Positions 57,501 through 64,000 of a stretch of DNA of 64,000 nt are shown one piece after another (positions within the stretch are counted from its first letter, which is position 1; every line of letters starts with the position of its first letter). The notes beneath the pieces were generated by a model. It did not search any database. It had not been told where the DNA came from and saw only the letters and a program-made list of their open reading frames with translations. Source of the DNA: a virus. The stretch lies in the IMG/VR virus record IMGVR_UViG_3300038722_000002, positions 1 to 64,000 of that record. The stretch is one strand, 5' to 3'. The translations under genes and the position numbers were made by a program.

Positions 57501-57815
57501 TTATTTTGATAAATAACCTACATAATCAGAATTACACACCCACACGCGCCCCACTTCAAGCATACCACTTGCGCCTTCTTCTTTATAAGTAGCAACTTGA
57601 ACCTTATCCTTCTTATCAGGCCATTTAATAACCACACCCTTAGTTTTCCAACCAAACTGTTGATTAATGGTTATATGGCGGTCTAGGCAATATTGGGCTA
57701 CTGCTTTATATATCTTGCTTTCGAGTTTACGCGTAAAATTGCCCTTATAAGGCGTATAAATACGATTTTCGCCTACTATACTAACATATGCTTTATCTAT
57801 AACTTGATTGTACAT
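57501..57815 (-). CDS. Early hypothetical protein
   Basis: 104-aa ORF with promoter 57865-57893. Confidence 0.7.
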   Translation of the reverse strand: MYNQVIDKAYVSIVGENRIYTPYKGNFTRKLESKIYKAVAQYCLDRHITINQQFGWKTKGVVIKWPDKKDKVQVATYKEEGASGMLEVGRVWVCNSDYVGYLSK

Positions 57816-57864
57816 AATAACACTCTATTGTTGGCTTGTGCGTCTTTGCTAAGCCGATGAATAG

Positions 57865-57902
57865 ATAATATAGAAGGGCTTTACTATTGTAAAGCCCTTT
57901 TT
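57865..57902 (-). promoter_or_regulatory. Promoter overlapping a perfect hairpin
   Basis: TTTACA-17-TATTAT on -, overlapping AAGGGCTTTAC-TATT-GTAAAGCCCTT. Confidence 0.6.
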
Positions 57903-57913
57903 GTAATTATTTA

Positions 57914-58483
57914 TCAATAATCTTCTAACAGCTCGCTGATAGTGTCTAGTTGCTGTCGTGTGAACACCTTATTTAGTTTGCTGGCATTGTCACAACAAGC
58001 CTGATACAGTCTAAAGTCTTTCATGCTGTCGTTATCATAACCAAAATTATCACACCAATCGTTGAAGCTCTCGCTTGCTGCTTGCGAATCTAACACTAGA
58101 CAATAAAGTACACTCGCAGGTGTGGGAGTTACGGCGTGAACTGATTTGGAAAAGCCGCCGCCTTTTGGGTAATAACTCTCCCCTGTTGAGTGTAAAAGTT
58201 TCCCCGCGATGCCTGTTTTAATATAAGCCTTTGCAAGGCTTCGCGAGGCATTGACCACTCTATTCCCTATGCCTGTTTTATATTCAAATTGTGAACACTC
58301 TCCAGCTTTACTAATAAAGCCAATAGACCATTTATCGCACTCCCAGTCTGTTTTCACTTGTGGCTTGTGAATTTGGGTGTGTTTAAGGGTGAAATATTGA
58401 ACGCCGATAGACGCTAGAAAAGCACCTACTTCTATATCTTGCGGGTATGGTTTGGCTAGTGCTTTAACAGTTTGGTTTAACAT
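57914..58483 (-). CDS. Early hypothetical protein
   Basis: 189 aa; YKTGIG...P..ASVLYCL..D...SF.DWC..FGYD.DS; promoter TTGACA-16-TAAAAT at 58517-58544. Confidence 0.75.
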   Translation of the reverse strand: MLNQTVKALAKPYPQDIEVGAFLASIGVQYFTLKHTQIHKPQVKTDWECDKWSIGFISKAGECSQFEYKTGIGNRVVNASRSLAKAYIKTGIAGKLLHSTGESYYPKGGGFSKSVHAVTPTPASVLYCLVLDSQAASESFNDWCDNFGYDNDSMKDFRLYQACCDNASKLNKVFTRQQLDTISELLEDY

Positions 58484-58551
58484 GGCTTTTTACCTTATTT
58501 GTTTAGTGTGTGGGCTATTTTACAGTGTTCTGGTTTAGTGTCAAAGGTTAT

Positions 58552-58830
58552 TTAGACTATTTCACCAATAATACGCGCATAGGAGTGAATGCAGAAATAG
58601 GCACTACTAGCAAGGCTATGCTTTACAGGTTTACGGCGTTGTAGTTCGTAACACTCGACAATAGTACCACAAGAACGGCGAACACGGACAGATGCCGCCG
58701 GAACGTAGTAATTCGCCATAGTGTCCCCAAAGAACTTCATGCTTTTACGATCAAAAAAGAAACTGTCGGCGTTACATGCTTCATGGCGGGATTTTAAAAC
58801 AGATGCGGTGATACGTTCAACTTTTGGCAT
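58552..58830 (-). CDS. Early hypothetical protein
   Basis: FFDRKSMKFFGD motif; promoter at 58885-58912. Confidence 0.7.
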   Translation of the reverse strand: MPKVERITASVLKSRHEACNADSFFFDRKSMKFFGDTMANYYVPAASVRVRRSCGTIVECYELQRRKPVKHSLASSAYFCIHSYARIIGEIV

Positions 58831-58906
58831 GGTCTTTGCTCTTTAATTATAAGGCCGCATTATTGCCGCCTTTCAATAGTTGCTATATTACAGGGTTTAG
58901 AAGTTA

Positions 58907-59131
58907 TTACAAGGCTTTTTTCCACTTTGCGCCAACTTTCTTGGCTAATTCTTGTACATGATACCCGCAATTATAGCGAATACTTACATTATCCAAACCG
59001 TTTCGCGTCGCGTAGTTCTTGGCACCTCGCTCTGTTTTGCTTGTGTCGTAGTGTGTGCCGTTGATAATTGAGCCGTAAGCGTGGTGAGTCATAATTTTAT
59101 TACTCTTTGAAGTTTTAGTAGGTTTAAACAC
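58907..59131 (-). CDS. Early hypothetical protein
   Basis: KTERGAKNYATRNG motif; start uncertain. Confidence 0.6.
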   Translation of the reverse strand: MFKPTKTSKSNKIMTHHAYGSIINGTHYDTSKTERGAKNYATRNGLDNVSIRYNCGYHVQELAKKVGAKWKKAL

Positions 59132-59197
59132 TATAATCGAAAACTTTTATATGATCAATACTAAATTGTTATATAAAAGTTTTCTGTTATAACTATT

Positions 59198-59458
59198 TTA
59201 TAAGGTGCTTTCAAGGTAGCTTTCAAAAGCCATATACTTCTCAGCTAGTCGAGCATGGTGGTAATAGGCGGCTGTGTCGTGGCTTTGTTCCAGCGCCTCT
59301 GCTTTACATTCCTCGCTAGTACGTAGCGCCCACAGTAGAGATGCCTCAAAAGCTGCACCGCCTATATGTAGCAACTTCTTTTGGTCGCTAGTATAGCCTG
59401 CGCGTATCTCTTCAAGATCTTTAAAGAAGGTTTCATTGTCTACCTGTGAATAACTCAT
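59198..59458 (-). CDS. Early hypothetical protein
   Basis: ATG at 59458 coupled (TAATG) to the upstream small ORF. Confidence 0.65.
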   Translation of the reverse strand: MSYSQVDNETFFKDLEEIRAGYTSDQKKLLHIGGAAFEASLLWALRTSEECKAEALEQSHDTAAYYHHARLAEKYMAFESYLESTL

Positions 59459-59565
59459 TATGCCACCGCTTGCCACTGTTTACCGCGTCCGTTTTTGCGA
59501 TTGTTACGCGCTTGCTTTGCTTGTTTGCGTTGTGCTTTGTCTAGTCGTTTATTATTGCTTGACAT
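59458..59565 (-). CDS. Very basic 35-aa early peptide
   Basis: MSSNNKRLDKAQRKQAKQARNNRKNGRGKQWQAVA*; AAGGA RBS. Confidence 0.6.
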   Translation of the reverse strand: MSSNNKRLDKAQRKQAKQARNNRKNGRGKQWQAVA

Positions 59566-59568
59566 AGT

Positions 59569-59829
59569 TTAAAATTCCTTTTCTGTTAGTTTTTTAGTTA
59601 GTTCAATATTACCGTTGTGCAATGTTAGCGTGTATTGTCCACCAATGTCAACACTTGACACACCCTCTTGTGTCATTTCATGCTTTATTAGGTTTAGTTT
59701 GCTAATAATACACGCCGCTTCGACTGGCTCAATACCTAGTGCCTCAAAATCAGCCTTCAAGGTTAAAGAGGTTATCTCACTAGGCTGGGCTAGTTGCGGT
59801 GTTTTCGTTTTGTTGAATAAACCAAACAT
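59569..59829 (-). CDS. Early hypothetical protein
   Basis: ATG at 59829 after AGGA; promoter TTGACT-18-TACAAT at 59864-59893. Confidence 0.65.
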   Translation of the reverse strand: MFGLFNKTKTPQLAQPSEITSLTLKADFEALGIEPVEAACIISKLNLIKHEMTQEGVSSVDIGGQYTLTLHNGNIELTKKLTEKEF

Positions 59830-59980
59830 TTTGTTGTTTCCTGTTATTTCCATAAGGTGCCCCATTGTAAAAGCAGGGATAATCAAGAGTCAAGAGTTAC
59901 TTTCAAATAATGTAAATTAATTGTCGTATGTCTTGTTTCCTTTATATGCTAATAAATATTCAAATAAATGTAAATAACGC

Positions 59981-60060
59981 TTGCGTTGGTCGGTGGTTGC
60001 TGTAAAATACTTAATAGCTGGCGGAAACGACAGGAGACAATCACCGCCCCTGCGTGAAAT
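59981..60060 (+). promoter_or_regulatory. Promoter plus 48-nt unit, copy B
   Basis: TTGCGT-16-TAAAAT-N4-AATAGCTGGCGGAAACGACAGGAGACAATCACCGCCCCTGCGTGAAAT. Confidence 0.55.
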
Positions 60061-60063
60061 TTA

Positions 60064-60128
60064 ATATAACCATTTGGAATAAGGCATATAACCAAAGTGA
60101 ATAAGGTTATATCCATTTGGAATATGAG
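60064..60128. repeat. Three tandem 21-22-bp repeats
   Basis: ATATAACCATTTGGAATAAGG / ATATAACCAAAGTGAATAAGG / TTATATCCATTTGGAATATGA. Confidence 0.8.
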
Positions 60129-60143
60129 AATCAGCTTCTCTAC

Positions 60144-60305
60144 AGAAAAATCGAGTTTGAAAATGAAAAAGTGCTCAAGACCAGAAATTTAATTCGAGTT
60201 GAGATATGAGATTTCGCTCAAGACCCCCGATTATGATAGAAAAATCGAGTTTGAAAATGAAAATCGTCGCAAGACCTCGGAATAATCGAGTGGGAATATG
60301 AGAAT
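60144..60305. repeat. Four degenerate ~41-51-bp repeats with a TCGAGT core
   Basis: 26-bp exact repeat AGAAAAATCGAGTTTGAAAATGAAAA at 60144 and 60238; CAAGACC ends three units. Confidence 0.75.
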
Positions 60306-60344
60306 GTTGTCTGGATTTTGGGAAAGGTAGTAGGCTCTCCACAG

Positions 60345-60450
60345 GAATGCCTCTGAGACAGCCTGTAAGCAACGAAGGAGAGCTTTTAAGAATGAGGGAG
60401 TATGTTAGGGTAGGGTTGCTCTAAACTCCCTTAAAACGGCTTACAGGGGG
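60345..60450 (+). repeat. Periodic element (strong-gyrase-site-like)
   Basis: Shares blocks with the 21901, 54763 (inverted) and 56881 elements. Confidence 0.6.
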
Positions 60451-60460
60451 GGTTGTTAAG

Positions 60461-60958
60461 CTATGGAGCTTCAGCAGGGAACGTATCAATTGTATTTAAT
60501 AACCACTCTTTATGTTGCTCCCATAACTCAGCAGCTTTTTTCCCACCCCTCCATAAGACTCGTTCGAGAGTAATAGTTCTCCAATCTTCTATAGAATGAT
60601 TCGCACAACCTATTTGGAGATGTGTGTGAGTGTAGGTTATATTATATTCTGATGTTATAGATAGGTTTTTGACTTGACGTAAATTACCTACTGTTCCCTC
60701 TAAATCACACTTACTCAAGTTACACTCGCTCAAGTTAGACCCTCTCAAGTCAGACTTACTTAAATCAGACTCACTTAAATCAGACTTACTGAAGTTACAC
60801 CCTATCAAGGTAGACTCACTCAAGTTAGACTCGCTCAAATCAAGCTCACTCAAATCGTACCCGATTAAAAATAACAGCTCTCCTTCGGGATCACCTTCTA
60901 AGTATAGCTTGTGTAATTCTAGTTTCTCTTGTAACTCTTGTTTAGTGATGGTTTTCAT
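60461..60958 (-). CDS. Pentapeptide-repeat protein
   Basis: SESNL SESTL IGCNF SKSDL SESDL SKSDL RGSNL SECNL SKCDL; LELHKLYL N-terminus and LQIGC C-terminus; promoter at 61007-61034. Confidence 0.85.
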   Translation of the reverse strand: MKTITKQELQEKLELHKLYLEGDPEGELLFLIGYDLSELDLSESNLSESTLIGCNFSKSDLSESDLSKSDLRGSNLSECNLSKCDLEGTVGNLRQVKNLSITSEYNITYTHTHLQIGCANHSIEDWRTITLERVLWRGGKKAAELWEQHKEWLLNTIDTFPAEAP

Positions 60959-61041
60959 TATCTTAACTATAACCCCTTGTTGTGTGTTATTGTATTGAGT
61001 GGTTCCATTATAAGGATATGAAGATAAAGTACAACCTTTAA

Positions 61042-61230
61042 TCAACGAATACAATGTTCGTGGTGTATGTCTATTAACCTATCAGCGGCTTGACCTCTGG
61101 GCCATACATTATACACCTTTCTGGACAAGTTTTTATTCTGCACTTGTACATTTAACCACCAACGACACTGTTGGTTATACTTCCGCTGTATTCCTAGTGC
61201 GTTTTCTCCACACCTTTCAGCCCACTCCAT
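61042..61230 (-). CDS. Hypothetical protein
   Basis: 62-aa ORF with AGGAG RBS. Confidence 0.55.
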   Translation of the reverse strand: MEWAERCGENALGIQRKYNQQCRWWLNVQVQNKNLSRKVYNVWPRGQAADRLIDIHHEHCIR

Positions 61231-61354
61231 ATTATCTCCTACCTATTGATTAATTTGTGTCAGATTATTATATAACCTCACGTTAGTAATATTAGTTCCC
61301 GTTAGTTGATTTAATCAAGAGGCCCATTATTTCAGAGCCTCCCTGTTAAGTCAA

Positions 61355-63532
61355 CTAGATTTGTGAAGCAATCTTAGCTCGAATGTCTCGGAGGGTGGTT
61401 TTATTGTACAACTTACCATCCTTGAACACTGTACGAAGCAAACCTTGCCCTTCTTGCTCAGGTGTCTGCTCCTGATATAGAGTAATAACACCTTCCTCAT
61501 TATGGTCTACACGCAACAAACCTTTAGCTGACTTCTTACCTTGATCAGTCTTAGGGTCTTTACCGAAGTCAATCTGCTCACCTTTGTCGTTCCATGCACA
61601 GGTAGCCTTGATAGCTGACCCGTGAGTGTCACGGGTGACATATTGGTAACTGTAGGAGCCGATGCCAAGCACTACGCTAGGAGCAAACCCCTTAGCCATC
61701 AAACGGGTGTGGATCTCTTTTTGACGCTCTAGGGTGATACTGTCACCGTAGATAGCACCGATATGGGAGTCTAGTAGTTTGTATCCCTCTGAGGTGGTTG
61801 TGCCACCGAAGATGTCCCAGAGGGATTCTACTAGACCTTTGGCTTCTGTAGAGCTAACTTCCTCGTACTCGTTATCATACATAGTATCATAGGTGCCCCC
61901 TGAAGACACGTAGTAGAATTTATCATCAGCTTTGTTCAGGTACAGCCTTTTTCTGCCTCGTATTGTTAAGGTCTGTATGTTATCCACTGTCTCATACTCC
62001 AATCCACACAGCACGCTAACAGGGTCTCCAGAATCTGGACGAATGACCGTGGTACCGTCACGAGCCATGATATCATCTTTCAATAGTGGTAAACCTTCCT
62101 CAACAAACTTCCAGAAGTCATAGCTGTCTGATACATGAGAAACAATCCCACTTGGAACCTCTGTGAACAACTTCTCCCGTACAAAAGCAACCTCAGCATC
62201 AAACTTACTGATGCCCCGCTCCTTCTCTAGTACCGCAATGTAGCTTGTTGCGATTGCATGTTCTGTAGCTGGTACACTGCAACCTACCAACTCAGTCTCG
62301 CAGTCAGCACCGTAGTATATCTCAGCCAAATCAATAGCTGGAACAGTATCAGTGCCAGCAAAACCTGCTGCTAGATGACCAAAACCTGACATTGCAGCTG
62401 CTTGTGGGCCAAAACAACCTCGCATGGAGAAATCGTGACACATAAACGGGACAGTTGCCTCGTCTAAGCCTGTCTTACGGAAGCTCTCTACAGTTTGCTT
62501 CATGTAAGCTGTAGCTGTAGTGGCTGAAGTCTGCATAGGCCATACATACGTGCTGATGATAGTCTCTAGGAAGCCTACGAGCCAAGGGTATCCGTCTACT
62601 GTGTTGGTTACAGTAAAGCACGGTACACCGTAGGGGCAAAAAGTACCCTCTTCCATAGACTTAATCTCAATTGGAAGATAACCTAAGTCATGTAGCTCCT
62701 CAAAATGTTTCACATCGAAGTCACTGCCGAAATAGTTATCTAATCGGCGCTTCAAGCTACGGACAGCACCTTCCTTACTCAGGTTAAAGAATGTATTATT
62801 CCACTCATTTACCATGTAGTGCATCATCATATACTGCAAACCTACGTGGACAACACCGAAGTCCTCTGGGATGTAGGATAGTCGTCCACTCCTAGCAGTG
62901 TAATTTTCATATAGGCGCACAATATTGGTGTGCAGGAACTTCTTGTGTGCAAATTTGTAACCGTCTGCTTTAGTGATAGCTGACATACTATTCTCCTCAT
63001 TGGTTTTATCGTATATTCTATTAATATGCCTCAGGAAACCTCCCTTGGTCATATCTCTCTTCATGTGGTTACAGGCACCACAGCAAGGTAGACAATTACT
63101 ATAGGTATACCCTAAGTTGTTGTCAACCCGATCTACTCCGTTCATCTCTACTTTGAAAATACCCCTAGCTTTCGGTTGGCTTCCACAGTAGTTACAAGAA
63201 TCTGTTATTAGTGAGATGAACTCTTCATCAGTTAATTGGTACTCGTACCCCCTACTTTTAGCGGCTTGCTTATAGCTGTTGATCTCTTTATTGTACGCTC
63301 GGAGATTTTTGGGTATTCTAGGTACACTCCTTGTGCACTTGTTGCAACACTTCTTAGGCCGCTGTCTCCGCCTGAGTTGTGAAGTAGTAATATAGCAGGT
63401 AACCCCACAACTACACAGGCACTTCCACTTTGGTGTACCACCAATTAACTCCCTGTCACTGATCACCTTTAGTTTACCAAACATCTTCCCTGTCAAGGCA
63501 TCATCCGCTAGGTGTGTTGACCCATTCTTCAT
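61355..63532 (-). CDS. nadV: HNH endonuclease fused in frame to a nicotinamide phosphoribosyltransferase-family protein (NARP1 Namat-like); internal start at 62986
   Basis: N-terminal CNYCG...NGVDRVDNNLGY..NCLPCC..CN.MK; then ADGYK..H, HDFSMRG, PATEH, SDSYD, IRPDSGDP, YGDSIT, KDPKTD.GKKSAKG. Confidence 0.9.
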   Translation of the reverse strand: MKNGSTHLADDALTGKMFGKLKVISDRELIGGTPKWKCLCSCGVTCYITTSQLRRRQRPKKCCNKCTRSVPRIPKNLRAYNKEINSYKQAAKSRGYEYQLTDEEFISLITDSCNYCGSQPKARGIFKVEMNGVDRVDNNLGYTYSNCLPCCGACNHMKRDMTKGGFLRHINRIYDKTNEENSMSAITKADGYKFAHKKFLHTNIVRLYENYTARSGRLSYIPEDFGVVHVGLQYMMMHYMVNEWNNTFFNLSKEGAVRSLKRRLDNYFGSDFDVKHFEELHDLGYLPIEIKSMEEGTFCPYGVPCFTVTNTVDGYPWLVGFLETIISTYVWPMQTSATTATAYMKQTVESFRKTGLDEATVPFMCHDFSMRGCFGPQAAAMSGFGHLAAGFAGTDTVPAIDLAEIYYGADCETELVGCSVPATEHAIATSYIAVLEKERGISKFDAEVAFVREKLFTEVPSGIVSHVSDSYDFWKFVEEGLPLLKDDIMARDGTTVIRPDSGDPVSVLCGLEYETVDNIQTLTIRGRKRLYLNKADDKFYYVSSGGTYDTMYDNEYEEVSSTEAKGLVESLWDIFGGTTTSEGYKLLDSHIGAIYGDSITLERQKEIHTRLMAKGFAPSVVLGIGSYSYQYVTRDTHGSAIKATCAWNDKGEQIDFGKDPKTDQGKKSAKGLLRVDHNEEGVITLYQEQTPEQEGQGLLRTVFKDGKLYNKTTLRDIRAKIASQI

Positions 63533-63999
63533 AATTCAATTATGTTTAGTTGCTTATCCAACTCTTCATCTCGGATTCGAGAGTCAGTAGTGTATATACG
63601 TGTGATACCTGCGTCAAGTAGTTCTTTCAGGCCATTTGAGAAGATGCCGTGTGTGACGTACAGGGTGATCATGCCAGCACCCTTATTCTTTAAGGCTTTA
63701 GCTAGTTCAATAAACGTACGCCCTCCAATACAAAGGTCATCTGTAATAACACAGTGAGCGCCATTAAGCTCCTCACAGTACACAACAGTCTCTAGGATGG
63801 CCCCAGTTGCCGTACAGCGAATCTTATCAGCTCGGATGACCTCTGATACCCCAAACTCTTTAGCGAGCTTATACGTGGTCTTAAGTGCCCCTGCGTCTGG
63901 TGAGACTAGGGTACATTCAGTGTTACGTAATGTAGTAGCTAACTCACTGTCCTGTAAGATCATGTGTCGTGGTATATTACTACAGCGGTCGATCAAAGC
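63529..63999 (-). CDS. prs: Ribose-phosphate pyrophosphokinase-family protein (NARP1 Adps-like), C-terminal part; starts beyond the window
   Basis: VSPDAGA, KIR...TG.I, ITDDLCIGGRTF, LYVTHGIFS, TTDS. Confidence 0.88.
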   Translation of the reverse strand, partial: ALIDRCSNIPRHMILQDSELATTLRNTECTLVSPDAGALKTTYKLAKEFGVSEVIRADKIRCTATGAILETVVYCEELNGAHCVITDDLCIGGRTFIELAKALKNKGAGMITLYVTHGIFSNGLKELLDAGITRIYTTDSRIRDEELDKQLNIIEL

Positions 64000-64000
64000 A

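Noticed and set aside
60064-60305. CRISPR array (some ICP1-like phages carry one)
   Set aside because: Repeats are degenerate with no constant repeat and unique spacer pattern, and no cas genes are in the window

Overview
The window is 64 kb of a large lytic myovirus genome. Gene content and order suggest an ICP1-like or Felixounavirus-related phage, probably with a marine gammaproteobacterial host (inference). Layout: (1) 1-5.4 kb, + strand nucleotide-metabolism and accessory genes (phosphoesterase tail, an ACP-domain fusion protein, NTP pyrophosphohydrolase, ThyX). (2) 5.5-40.1 kb, one long - strand late operon: terS, terL, portal, protease, scaffold, capsid, neck, sheath, tube, chaperones, tape measure, baseplate, PAAR, an extensive fibre/LamG block, then spanin/holin-like membrane genes. 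(3) 40.2-42.6 kb, a divergent control region with twin promoters, a roughly 550-nt highly structured non-coding segment upstream of an HNH gene, and tRNA-derived RNAs. (4) 42.6-54.8 kb, + strand middle genes (glutaredoxin, NrdAB, M15 peptidase, PhoH, homing endonuclease, DNA ligase, SLOG). (5) 54.8-60.5 kb, a repeat-rich region that looks like the genome end or terminal repeat, with small promoter-driven early genes. (6) 60.5-64 kb, a pentapeptide-repeat gene and a NARP1-type NAD+ reconstitution pair whose Namat/NAMPT gene is fused in frame to an HNH endonuclease. The most novel-looking signals are the structured RNA plus HNH locus, a tRNA with a ~56-nt hairpin in place of the anticodon loop, the ACP-containing three-domain protein, a duplicated promoter plus 48-nt RNA unit bracketing the early region, and five periodic elements resembling strong gyrase sites. 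All annotation was done by eye, with no database searches.
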